From assembly GCA_039586365.1 (NCBI GenBank), contig JBDHKN010000053.1:1-34881 (forward strand): DNA of 34,881 nt. Reading direction: 5' to 3'. Below, in pieces: positions 10,763 to 20,278 of this stretch. Origin of the DNA: Gemmatimonadota bacterium. GTDB taxonomy: Bacteria; Gemmatimonadota; Gemmatimonadetes; Gemmatimonadales; GWC2-71-9. Under the pieces are notes generated by a model. That model saw nothing but the letters and a program-made list of their open reading frames with translations. It ran no database searches and was not told the DNA's origin. Position 1 is the first letter of the stretch. Each line of letters starts with the position of its first letter. Made by a program: the position numbers and the translations under genes.

Positions 10763-10942
10763 CTACGGCCCTTCCCCTGGATCCCTACTAATATGTTGTC
10801 AGGTAAGGAAATAGAGAATCACAATGTGGAGGTTCGTGGAAAGGGTAATCAGAAAAGGTTTAAATAATATTACCGAACAGCCGAGTAAAAACCCGTGAGA
10901 GGCAGGTTATCTTTTGATCCTATCTATAAATAGACAATAGTA

Positions 10943-12676
10943 TTAATTATTATCACTCTTTCCTTCAGGGAGGACCCGAAGCATTTTTGTCTTCAGGAAC
11001 TTGAGCGGGATATTGTATGCTTTGGATACACGCTTCAAGTCATACTGGTTCTCCTCGATATACTCCTTTATCATCGACTCCAGCTTTGACTTGAAGTTTA
11101 AGTAATTGATTCCCAACATGTTGGCTGCGGGTTTCATTTTCCAGCCACTCTGCCTGAGGGAGAGCAGGATCAGTTTTTTGTCCACCTCCTCCTGCACTTG
11201 ATAGTAGGGCCTCTTCCGCTTTTCTACTCGTCCCTTTTTCGCCGACTCTTCAAGTAGCCTTGCCATTGGTGATTCTTTGATGTCAATCATCTCCCTACCA
11301 GAAATCTCGCCAACTTCAACCTCAGGGATTACTTTTTTGGTATCGGTACTGAAGAGTAATTCGTCACTGAAGACAATATCTTTCTGGGTAATATTTCTTC
11401 CTTCCGCGGTGAGTACCGCTCTCTCCATGACGTTCTTGAGTTCTCTCACGTTATTCTCTTCATAATCGTACGCTTTAAGGAGATTCTGGGCTCCCGCATC
11501 AATACCGGTAAGGGGTTTCTCCATCTTTTCGGAGAAAAACCTCATAAAGTGACTGGCCAGGAGTAAGACATCCTGCTTCCTCTCCCTGAGGGAGGGGACG
11601 CGTATGACCTCTACCGCCAACCTGTGGAACAGCGCCTTTCGGAACCTCCCATCCTCCATTTCCCGGTGTAAATCCTTACTGGTCGCACAAAGTACCTGAA
11701 CGTCGACAGACAGTTCCGACCTCCCTCCAACCCGGCTAAATGTCCCGAATTGCAATACCCTCAATAATTTTGGTTGTAGCTCCACCGGGAGATCACCGAT
11801 CTCATCGAGGAAAATGATACCGCCGTCGGCATCCTCGAAAAGGCCCAGTTTTCGAGAAAGGGCCCCCGTGAATGCCCCCTTCTCGTGACCGAACAACTCG
11901 CTCTCCATCAAGTTCGCCGGTATCGCAGCGCAATTCACGACCACAAAAGGCTTTCCCGACCTCGATCCGGCCTGATGGATCGCTCTCGCGATCAATTCTT
12001 TTCCCGTTCCACTTTCTCCCAGGATAAGAACGCTCACCGGATAGTTAACCGCCGTTATCCTCAATATCTTCTCTTTCACACTCTTTATCGAGGGACTCCT
12101 GCCGACGATCTCAGGAAATAGGGTTTCCTTGACCAATCGCTTCTTCAGATAAGCAAGCTCACCTTCTTTATCGTTCAAATCGATCGTACGCCCGATGAGG
12201 TCTGCAATGAGCTCGACGAAAGTAAGAAAATAGCTCTTCTTTTCATCGTCGAGACGGGCCTTTTTCCCCTTTGTATCCGCGTAAATGACGCCGATCAATC
12301 TATCATCCGTCAAAATGGGGGCACATAGTATGGTTTTGATGTCGAACTTGTAAATACTATTGGAGGGTGAAAACTTCTTCCTGTCCTGCGAATTCGCAGC
12401 CATGATGAATTCACCCTTCTTTGCCCTCTCGATCACACTCGAGCTGAACTGGTGAGCCACTTCGATGAGGCCTTCCTCAATATTCACACCGTACTTGAAC
12501 ACCAGTGCTTCGCTTTTCCTGTCGAACAGAAACAACATGGTTCGATCTGCGCCGAGAATCTGTGTGGACACCTTGATCACATGCTGGAGCAGGGTCTCGA
12601 GGTCCGTTTGGGGAACCAGATCTCGGATCGTTTTAAAGAGGAGTTCCACGTCTTTTCTTTGAGCGGGTAACCTCAT
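10943..12676 (-). CDS. sigma54-dependent activator (GAF - AAA+ - tandem Fis-like HTH)
   Basis: N-terminal GAF; GESGTGKE, ESELFGHEKGAFTGA, FLDEIG, LQPKLLRVLQ, NVRELKN; two HTH-like segments at the C-terminus. Confidence 0.95.
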   Translation of the reverse strand: MRLPAQRKDVELLFKTIRDLVPQTDLETLLQHVIKVSTQILGADRTMLFLFDRKSEALVFKYGVNIEEGLIEVAHQFSSSVIERAKKGEFIMAANSQDRKKFSPSNSIYKFDIKTILCAPILTDDRLIGVIYADTKGKKARLDDEKKSYFLTFVELIADLIGRTIDLNDKEGELAYLKKRLVKETLFPEIVGRSPSIKSVKEKILRITAVNYPVSVLILGESGTGKELIARAIHQAGSRSGKPFVVVNCAAIPANLMESELFGHEKGAFTGALSRKLGLFEDADGGIIFLDEIGDLPVELQPKLLRVLQFGTFSRVGGRSELSVDVQVLCATSKDLHREMEDGRFRKALFHRLAVEVIRVPSLRERKQDVLLLASHFMRFFSEKMEKPLTGIDAGAQNLLKAYDYEENNVRELKNVMERAVLTAEGRNITQKDIVFSDELLFSTDTKKVIPEVEVGEISGREMIDIKESPMARLLEESAKKGRVEKRKRPYYQVQEEVDKKLILLSLRQSGWKMKPAANMLGINYLNFKSKLESMIKEYIEENQYDLKRVSKAYNIPLKFLKTKMLRVLPEGKSDNN

Positions 12677-12793
12677 AGTTCTTTTACCTCGAGATCCGCA
12701 AACCTTTCGCGTCCACTACCATATGTTTGGTTGGTCCGAGAATCTAAGAAATTGCTCTCTTTCAAGGCGAAATTCATACTTTACCTATTTGTA

Positions 12794-12822
12794 ATGATAC
12801 CATAGGACTGGATTCTGGTCAA
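12794..12822 (-). promoter_or_regulatory. sigma70 promoter of the activator gene
   Basis: Minus strand TTGACC-N17-TATCAT with extended -10 TG; the same boxes precede both kinases. Confidence 0.7.
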
Positions 12823-12872
12823 GTAGGGTATCAATTTTTATCACCCGAGGAATACATGGTCTTTTACTCCAT

Positions 12873-12911
12873 AAAGAAATCTGCCCCGTCTCCATACAAG
12901 AACAGGGCAGA
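12873..12911 (-). terminator. Terminator of the 19990-12986 operon
   Basis: Minus strand TCTGCCCTGTTC...AGACGGGGCAGA followed by TTTCTTT. Confidence 0.7.
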
Positions 12912-12985
12912 CCTAAATTTTTCAACGCTTATTACTTGCCCTTTGCTCTCCACCCTTAAGGATAGCCAGGAAAAACCTCTCTGTA

Positions 12986-13564
12986 TTACTTGAGCATTAC
13001 CATCTTTCGTATTGCTGTAAATTCACCCGCCACTACACGGTAGAGGTATATCCCGCTTCCCACTCGCTCACCCCGACTGTTACGTCCGTCCCAGTGAACC
13101 TTGTATGTGCCGGGTTCACTGTCCCGATCAACCAGTGTGCGAACATGCTGACCCCGTATATTGTAGATGTCGAGACGGACATGCACGTCCTGGCCCACAG
13201 TACCTGGGATGTCGAACTGGATCGTTGTGGATGGGTTGAATGGATTGGGATAATTCTGACCTAGAGCGAATGTACGTGGTAACAGGCTGCCCCCCATCGG
13301 GCTGTCACCGATTCCAACAGTCGTGAAATCATGCAGAAAGCCCCCGCTAAGCGTATATGTCGAAGACTCCAGGACCATTGCAGATGTCTGACCCACAACA
13401 TCGACAAGCTCGAATGAAGACGACCCTCTTCTCTCTCCTGCCACATCGAACACACTGCGGGTGATAACGTACTGGGCCAAGAGCAGCGAGGGCACTAGCA
13501 TCAACACAAGGAGATAAAACACAACCTTGCTTCTTGCTTTCGTTACCTTTTCACTGTATCTCAT
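12986..13564 (-). CDS. Small secreted protein: short beta-rich domain + FlgD-Ig/T9SS-type C-terminal domain
   Basis: Signal peptide, VVGQ...LSGGF segment, then LPRTFALGQNYPNPFNP...WDGRN...GSGIYLY...RKMVMLK. Confidence 0.85.
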   Translation of the reverse strand: MRYSEKVTKARSKVVFYLLVLMLVPSLLLAQYVITRSVFDVAGERRGSSSFELVDVVGQTSAMVLESSTYTLSGGFLHDFTTVGIGDSPMGGSLLPRTFALGQNYPNPFNPSTTIQFDIPGTVGQDVHVRLDIYNIRGQHVRTLVDRDSEPGTYKVHWDGRNSRGERVGSGIYLYRVVAGEFTAIRKMVMLK

Positions 13565-13587
13565 CTTAGCACTCCTTTTAACAGCCG

Positions 13588-15498
13588 TTATTTTTCGCTA
13601 AATGATCTTTGCTGAGATACCCGGCTGTTCGGTTGGCTGCCCTGCCATTCACTTGAAGGACCGGGAACACTCTCCATTCCGAGACCGTCATCCTCCATAA
13701 ACCCCCCTTCAATAATCACAGGTGGAGGGTCAACCGGATCGAAGCGGATGTCCTCCCAGCCTTTCCACCGGACAGAAACGAAATAGTCAAAGGTGGCGTT
13801 TGGCTTATCACCTGAAGTGGAGATGACTTCGAAGCCGTCCGTTCCCTTTTCGACGTAATAGCTGGCTGGCGGTGGAGAGGTAAAGGTAATGAACACCTGC
13901 ATCGGGTACTTAGCTGAGATAGTCGCGCATTCTACAAAGGTAGGATCAAGAACGACAGATGCCCGGCCGTTGACTATCTGGCCGGTGCCAAAATCCTGCA
14001 GCCACGCCTCCGGGCTCTCCGGAGCGATCAGGGCAACATCACCAATTGTGGTTGACATTACGCTCGCTGCGGCTCCACTTCCCTGGATCTTGTATTCCGT
14101 TCCACCGTCAGTCTCATAGGCTACTCTTACAGAGGGGCCTGAAACAGCCGTGAAATAACCACCTTCACGACTACCGGATGTGCTTCTAGCAGATCCATAC
14201 ACCCCGGTGTAGGTTCCAAAACCTGCTACTCCAGTGCCACCGCTAAGGTATGTTATACTCTGAGTGTTGCCAAAACCCACGACTCCGATACCAGTAGAAG
14301 ACTCGTTATTCCCAACCACACCGAAATGATCACTCGCATATGCATTACCCCAGACTCCGGTACCGCCATTTGTGTGCGTACTTACAATGGCAGAGTTGAG
14401 ACTGGAGCCACTGGAAGATACATAGATAACATTTCCCGTGGATCCATAAACAGTGATGTCATCCGAGGTAAGGGTCGGGATATCGATCGTGTCCTGCAGC
14501 TCACTGTTACCCACGGCATTCGCACCGATCTCAGCGGAACCAACGGATCCATCTTCGATTTCATCCTCATCGATAGCATTCGCTGCCACCTCTGTAGCTC
14601 CCACCGCATCGGTTGCGATCTCACTACTACCGACCGCATTCGACGCAATCTCATCACTGCCCACTCCATTCGCCGCTATGCCCAGCGTCACATCGCCCGA
14701 TATCCCTCCACCCGTCAGCCCATTGCCGGCTATCACTCCGGTTATGTCTCCATCTCCTCCCGTGTTGTCTACTCCGTCAGAAAAACCGGCCGGCATACCC
14801 GTGAGTATGTCCCAGTGTACCCTGTTCGCACCCAAATTGGGACCGGATCCGTCACTCGTGTTCAGTTCCGTCTCCGTATAATACCTGCCATCATGACTGT
14901 GACCGGCTTCTGCAAAGTCCGAGCTGTCCATTCCGTCCAGAAGATCCGAGTTGCCGGCTACAACTGCTGCATCGGCCATCTTCGCGTAACCCACACTGGA
15001 CAATGCCTCACGGGGGGTCATCGTCTCGCCCTCGACCTCGATCTCGAGATAGTAAGTCTCGGTGAAGTCGAGCCCATCGATCGGGTTAACCTCTCCAAGC
15101 GTCACACTGAATAGACCATTGTCCCCGACATCGACACTCCGCGTCTCCGTCCAGAGGGCCGTGCCGCCCGATTCGGTGTCATACAGGCTGAATGCCATGC
15201 TCTTCGTGCCAGAGGCCGGCCCGCTCCCCTCCTCAAGGAAACCCTGGTAATTCATCGTGGTCGGGACCGCGGAAGGGTTCGACATTTCACCGGAAGGCCT
15301 CTTCACAACATCATCACCGATCGATTCGTTCCCGGCTTCGATATCCTCAGTTACTTCTACCTTCCTCTGGCCAATATCACTCTCCTCCGCAACCGTAATA
15401 CTCTTCTTCGGGTTCACCGTCTGTTGTGTTAACGCCGTAGGAGGCAGACACAAGACAAGAAATAAAATTAATATTCTGACTAACAAGGCAGATTTCAT
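13588..15498 (-). CDS. Secreted tail-fibre-like protein
   Basis: Signal peptide; MNYQG...LWTE...GLFSVTLG...PR domain; HSHDGRYYTE motif; 10-aa AVGxxEIAxN repeats; GVxG beta repeats; C-terminal ESPEAW.QDFG domain. Confidence 0.75.
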   Translation of the reverse strand: MKSALLVRILILFLVLCLPPTALTQQTVNPKKSITVAEESDIGQRKVEVTEDIEAGNESIGDDVVKRPSGEMSNPSAVPTTMNYQGFLEEGSGPASGTKSMAFSLYDTESGGTALWTETRSVDVGDNGLFSVTLGEVNPIDGLDFTETYYLEIEVEGETMTPREALSSVGYAKMADAAVVAGNSDLLDGMDSSDFAEAGHSHDGRYYTETELNTSDGSGPNLGANRVHWDILTGMPAGFSDGVDNTGGDGDITGVIAGNGLTGGGISGDVTLGIAANGVGSDEIASNAVGSSEIATDAVGATEVAANAIDEDEIEDGSVGSAEIGANAVGNSELQDTIDIPTLTSDDITVYGSTGNVIYVSSSGSSLNSAIVSTHTNGGTGVWGNAYASDHFGVVGNNESSTGIGVVGFGNTQSITYLSGGTGVAGFGTYTGVYGSARSTSGSREGGYFTAVSGPSVRVAYETDGGTEYKIQGSGAAASVMSTTIGDVALIAPESPEAWLQDFGTGQIVNGRASVVLDPTFVECATISAKYPMQVFITFTSPPPASYYVEKGTDGFEVISTSGDKPNATFDYFVSVRWKGWEDIRFDPVDPPPVIIEGGFMEDDGLGMESVPGPSSEWQGSQPNSRVSQQRSFSEK

Positions 15499-15537
15499 GG
15501 TCTTCTCCTCCGAACAAAGGGGAAAAATGTTTTTAGC

Positions 15538-16116
15538 TTATTTCAAAACTATCATCTTCCGTGTGAATATCTCCCCACCTGCTTTCAAAGTGTACAGGTA
15601 AATACCTGACGCGACCGATTGACCTCGGTCGTTTCGACCATGCCAATGAATCTTGTGACTACCCGGCTCTAGGTCTGAATTGATCAACGTTCGCACACGC
15701 CGACCTCGGATGTCATAAACGGTGAGGTTTACAGATTGCTTTTCTCCTGAAATCGCCGGGATATCAAACGCGATCGTCGTCGAGGGGTTGAACGGGTTCG
15801 GGTAGTTCTGGGAGAGCGAATAGGCCTTCGGGAGGCCTGGCTGGCTTGCCAAGCCGGTTATTGCCTCTTCCTGCACCTTACCAGTTACCTCCCGTTCCAT
15901 CCACTCAAGGATGAAATGTTCACTCTCGGCTCGCATCACAGGGACCTCTTCCACCCGGACCTCCATGAGGACCAAGGATTCAGTCCGTTTATCAGCGATA
16001 ATCTGTTTGCTCACTCTCCCTTCGATGGAGGTCGCTCCCTGGATCAGGAGCCACCCGGCGACCAGGAATAGGATCCCGATGGTGCCAGTTCGTTTCGCTA
16101 TATGTTGGTGTCTCAC
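15538..16116 (-). CDS. Small secreted protein with FlgD-Ig/T9SS-type C-terminal domain
   Basis: GTG start with GGAGG; signal peptide; LPKAYSLSQNYPNPFNP...WHGRN...ASGIYLY...RKMIVLK. Confidence 0.85.
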   Translation of the reverse strand: MRHQHIAKRTGTIGILFLVAGWLLIQGATSIEGRVSKQIIADKRTESLVLMEVRVEEVPVMRAESEHFILEWMEREVTGKVQEEAITGLASQPGLPKAYSLSQNYPNPFNPSTTIAFDIPAISGEKQSVNLTVYDIRGRRVRTLINSDLEPGSHKIHWHGRNDRGQSVASGIYLYTLKAGGEIFTRKMIVLK

Positions 16117-16149
16117 TTTCCACCTCCATTCTGTTATCTGTCACTCCGG

Positions 16150-18366
16150 CTACTCACGCTCCGTCGGTCCTGCCTCCTCACGCGCCCTCAGGGATCTCTC
16201 GTATTTCTCCTGTCCTTCGGCGGTCCGGAAGTTGAACTTACCCGCCTCGCCCATTCGCTCAAGCTGACTCATCGTGGCGGCCAGAAAGTCGTCGTCCAGG
16301 GAATGTCCAGCCAGATCGCCTTCCTTGAGTTGCTCCACAGGCATAAGTATCCGGGTTATCTCAGCGGACTGGTCTTTTCGGTCGCCGGTGACCGTCCAAT
16401 AGACCTCTGTCCCGGGCTTTCCTCCGATGACAAAACGGTTGCCAGAGACTTTATCAGAGACGTAGACATCAGATGTCCCCACCCCGGTCAACTGCACCAT
16501 CGGATTCCGGTTGAGGGCATCAAAATAGTCGGGCAATTGAACCTCGGCGCGCCCCTCTGAGCCGATGATGGCTACACCGCGGTAGATAAGCACCATCTCA
16601 GGCGACTCCACGAAGTAGTGGTTCATGATCCTGTTCAACGGTTGGGTGGGATGGTCGATTGTGAATGTTCCCGCGGCCTTTGAAATCGTTCCCACGCGGG
16701 TCTGCGACGATGCAGTTGCTGTCTGACCGTTGAAAGCAGCGGAGTTTGAATAAGAAGAAGGAACGTTTGAATCATTGCCCACAGTAAAACTGTAGTCTCC
16801 ATCGGAATCGCAGTTGTACCCACCACCCACGGTCGCTGCATAGCCGTCGGCTTCATTATTGTATCCACCACCTACCGTCGCATACCAGTCGGTGGCGGTG
16901 TTGTTGTATCCACCACCCGCGGTCGCCCCAAGGTTGCTAGCGGTGTTGTTATAACCACCGCTCACGGTCGCCGCGGAGCCGCTGGCGGTGTTGGCCTCTC
17001 CACCCCCCACGGTCGCAAACCAGTCGGTGGCGGTGTTAATCCGTCCACCACCTACGGTCGCCCTGTCGCCGCTGGCGGTGTTGGAGTATCCACCCCCCAC
17101 GGTTGAATACTTACCAATGGCTGAATTATCAAGTCCACCTCCTACAAAAGCGGCAGTGTCAGTGGCTGCGTCACCTGCGAGATTGGAGTAACCAGCGGCA
17201 ACTCCACCATAGCGTGTGTTCACCGTGTCAGCATGCCCACCACCGACGGTCGCATAGTAGCCGTTGGCTGAGTTGTGTTGTCCACCACCCACGGTCGCAT
17301 ACCAGCCGCTGGCTGAGTTGGTGGATCCACCGCCCACGGTCGCATCTAGGTTACTGGCTGAGTTGTTAGCCCCACCACCGACGGTCGCATAGGAGCCGCT
17401 AGCGGTGTTGGCCCATCCACCACCCACGGTCGCAGCCCAGCTGCTGGCTTCGTGCTCGTATCCACCACCGACGGTCGCGTTGGAGCCGCTGGCAGTATTG
17501 TCGTGTCCACCAGCCACGGTCCCATAGTTCGCGCTGGCAGTGTTGTCCCGTCCACCAGCCACGATCGCATAGGAGTCGCTGGCTGAGTTGTTGGATCCAC
17601 CAGCCACGGTCGCGTAGTTCGAGCTGGCGGTGTTGTCCCGTCCACCACCCACGGTCGCATACTTGGCAGTGGCTGAATTATCGGATCCACCCCCAACAAA
17701 AGCGGCAGTGTCAGTGGCTGCGTCACCAGCAAGATTGCTGAAGCCCGAGAGTATTCCGCCATAGACTGCGTTTACTGTATCAGAATATCCACCACAAATC
17801 TCTCCAATGACGTCTAATTTGCACTGTGGATCTGTCGTGCCGATCCCCACCAAATCGGAGACCGTCGTCAGGCGGACCACTGTACCGTCATCCGTCCAGC
17901 CTCCGCCTACACCGTAAGGTACTACGACGGGTGGATCGACCACATCCGTATCATCAAACGGCGGCGTTGATCCTTCGGTGACTATATCGTTATCCACTCC
18001 CACTGTGAACAGTTGCCTGGGCGATAGCACTTCTTCATTAATTGTGATGCTTACATAGTAGGCCCGCGCATCGGATATAGGCAGGCGGGATTTCTTCCCG
18101 AGGGTGACTCTGAACTCACCATCTTTGACCGTTACACGATGATTCTCTTCCCACAACGGCAACCCAGATGTCTTTGTATCGTAGACATGAAACATCATTA
18201 GGTATTCACCCGTTAACTTCTCTCCCGTTGTACCCGTGAGTACTCCTTCATACTCTAGAAAGCGAGCGTCCTGGACTACTTGCTTCTTCGCTACCTGCCC
18301 TGTTGCCATATGAGCGATAAAGACGATACAAAATAACATCACGGTAAAAAAAGCCAGCCGTTTCAT
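16150..18366 (-). CDS. Secreted fibre/adhesin-like protein with 14-aa ATVGGG repeats (YadA-head-like)
   Basis: Signal peptide; same N-terminal domain as the 13588 gene; VGIGTTDP; many ATVGGGxxNxA repeats; C-terminal FTIDHP...HYFVESPE domain. Confidence 0.8.
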   Translation of the reverse strand: MKRLAFFTVMLFCIVFIAHMATGQVAKKQVVQDARFLEYEGVLTGTTGEKLTGEYLMMFHVYDTKTSGLPLWEENHRVTVKDGEFRVTLGKKSRLPISDARAYYVSITINEEVLSPRQLFTVGVDNDIVTEGSTPPFDDTDVVDPPVVVPYGVGGGWTDDGTVVRLTTVSDLVGIGTTDPQCKLDVIGEICGGYSDTVNAVYGGILSGFSNLAGDAATDTAAFVGGGSDNSATAKYATVGGGRDNTASSNYATVAGGSNNSASDSYAIVAGGRDNTASANYGTVAGGHDNTASGSNATVGGGYEHEASSWAATVGGGWANTASGSYATVGGGANNSASNLDATVGGGSTNSASGWYATVGGGQHNSANGYYATVGGGHADTVNTRYGGVAAGYSNLAGDAATDTAAFVGGGLDNSAIGKYSTVGGGYSNTASGDRATVGGGRINTATDWFATVGGGEANTASGSAATVSGGYNNTASNLGATAGGGYNNTATDWYATVGGGYNNEADGYAATVGGGYNCDSDGDYSFTVGNDSNVPSSYSNSAAFNGQTATASSQTRVGTISKAAGTFTIDHPTQPLNRIMNHYFVESPEMVLIYRGVAIIGSEGRAEVQLPDYFDALNRNPMVQLTGVGTSDVYVSDKVSGNRFVIGGKPGTEVYWTVTGDRKDQSAEITRILMPVEQLKEGDLAGHSLDDDFLAATMSQLERMGEAGKFNFRTAEGQEKYERSLRAREEAGPTERE
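16790..17790 (-). repeat. Intragenic 42-bp tandem repeats
   Basis: Recurring ccaccacccacggtcgc...gctggc units; the NLAGDAATDTAAFVGGG block occurs twice. Boundaries approximate. Confidence 0.85.
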
Positions 18367-18436
18367 TACAGCCTCCTATGTGAAGGTTAATAGTGTACTA
18401 TCTACTTCCGGCTACAAATTGCGTCTGTCAAGTCAA

Positions 18437-19990
18437 TCACTCAATCACCTGAATCCCGAACGACTCTTCATCGAATACGAGATTCGGATGTTGACCGATC
18501 CTCCCGACGAGCCGATAAGATCCGGCCGGAACGCTCATCGGGACATAGAGTTCATTATCCAATCTCAATGAGCTATGTGATGGCACGTTTCCTGAAAGTG
18601 GATTCGAATAGTTAAGAAAGACCTCTGGGATCAAGATTTCATTCGAACTTGGCAGTACGATCGAGAGCCAGTAATCCCCGCTTACTATATTCTCCGATGA
18701 ATTCCAGATGAGTGTATCAAAGTAGAGGGTATCATCCTTCTCCACGATCGTGGAATCGCGAGGCATAAGTACAAGATCGGCAAACCCTTCCAACCATGAA
18801 CAATCCTCTTCCCCTCCGAAGGCCCCGATATCACTCCTCTCTTCTCCCAATCCCGGGGGACGGCAAGCGTCGAGAATGGCAGGATCTCCGGCATCGACGC
18901 AGAAAGAGCTCGACTCGAGATGATACAGGGCATCCTCAAAGAGGGGATCTGAATTGATCATACCATCCCCTGCATTAAGTACACAATCTGTATCAACAAA
19001 CACAGAGTACGGCCAGTCGTCCACATCCGAGTAACTGATCGTCACGGTTGAAGGTTCCGTCTCCGTGCCGATGTAGATCTCCTTTCCTGAAACTGCCGTA
19101 TTATCCCAGAGAATCGTATTCGCAATGACGGCGGTTGATAATCTCGTGCACGCGATTCCGCCCCCACCCGAGGCCGAATTTTCCACGATCGTGTTGTTGG
19201 TGATAACGGGACTGGCTAACAGAAAGCATGAAATCCCTCCACCAAAACTGGCCGAGTTTCGGGAAATGACATTGTTATCAATGGCCGGAGATGATTGCCA
19301 GACGAGTATTCCACCCCCATCGCCATAATCGACAATGTTGTCCACGATAATGTTGCTGGTGATGCGTAAATCGGAGAAAAGACAACAGATTCCACCGCCA
19401 TAATCGCCGACATGGTTTCCCTTTATCGTGTTGTTGTGGATTCGTGACTCGGAATAGTAACTGTAAATTCCTCCGCCGCGCCAAGTCGCATAGTTATTGG
19501 AGATTGCGTTGTGTTCGATCTCAGAATCCGAGAAGTTACAATATATCCCGCCACCCCCCGGATACTCGTAGACGGAATTCCCCGTGATGATGTTGTAAGA
19601 GATTGTTGGAGAAGATACGTCGCAGTAAATACCACCCCCATTTTCCGCATAACCGCCTGTAATTGTCAAACCGGTGAGCAAGCTCGTCGAATCTTCCCCG
19701 GAATGGAAATGAAACACTCTGCTCATTGAACCCGCATCGACGATGGTTGCGGCAACTACAGCCGAATCTTCCGGATCTGTCCCCATTACAGTGATCGCTT
19801 TTCCAAGGAAATCGATGTCGTACTCATAATAAGTTCCCGGATCGATCATAACCGTATCCCCACTGACAGCGCCGTTTATCCCGCCCTGAATTGTCGTAAC
19901 ATCATCGGGCACATGGATGATGGTAGCGTTCAGGGGTGGAAACAGGATGAGAAATAGAAAAATCAGAAGAATAAAAGAATGGCTTCGCAT
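18437..19990 (-). CDS. Secreted right-handed parallel beta-helix protein with C-terminal Ig-like domain
   Basis: Signal peptide; IIHVPDD..TIQ.GI..A..GDTV...PGTYYE; GGGIxC repeats; RSDIGAFGG. Confidence 0.88.
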   Translation of the reverse strand: MRSHSFILLIFLFLILFPPLNATIIHVPDDVTTIQGGINGAVSGDTVMIDPGTYYEYDIDFLGKAITVMGTDPEDSAVVAATIVDAGSMSRVFHFHSGEDSTSLLTGLTITGGYAENGGGIYCDVSSPTISYNIITGNSVYEYPGGGGIYCNFSDSEIEHNAISNNYATWRGGGIYSYYSESRIHNNTIKGNHVGDYGGGICCLFSDLRITSNIIVDNIVDYGDGGGILVWQSSPAIDNNVISRNSASFGGGISCFLLASPVITNNTIVENSASGGGGIACTRLSTAVIANTILWDNTAVSGKEIYIGTETEPSTVTISYSDVDDWPYSVFVDTDCVLNAGDGMINSDPLFEDALYHLESSSFCVDAGDPAILDACRPPGLGEERSDIGAFGGEEDCSWLEGFADLVLMPRDSTIVEKDDTLYFDTLIWNSSENIVSGDYWLSIVLPSSNEILIPEVFLNYSNPLSGNVPSHSSLRLDNELYVPMSVPAGSYRLVGRIGQHPNLVFDEESFGIQVIE

Positions 19991-20070
19991 TGTGACCTCC
20001 CTGGATGGTTGGTTTTGAAGTTATCAGGAAACAAGGACTATATAAGAAGCGACTTTCAAAACTCTCCAAA

Positions 20071-20086
20071 AGCAACAGAAGGGCCA
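20071..20086 (-). promoter_or_regulatory. sigma54 promoter of the beta-helix/fibre operon
   Basis: Minus strand TGGCCCTTCTGTTGCT; GG and TTGCT conserved in copy B. Confidence 0.7.
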
Positions 20087-20278
20087 GGGTGTGTTATTTT
20101 ACGTTGATCGGCATAACTTATTGTTTAATAATAGGATGTAGAATTAAAGAATTGCAGGTTTAGCAGAAAGGGGTTCGTGAAGGTTTTAAATAATATAACC
20201 TTGATAGGATAAAGGAAGTTGTCAGACGGGGCTTAACACTCTGCTATATCTATAGATAAGAAGCTGTATTATTATTTA

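Noticed and set aside
13588..18366. Prophage tail module
   Set aside because: The fibre-like proteins have signal peptides, and no capsid, terminase, baseplate or integrase genes are present
18437..19990. Pmp-type autotransporter
   Set aside because: GGGI repeats are present but there is no C-terminal beta-barrel
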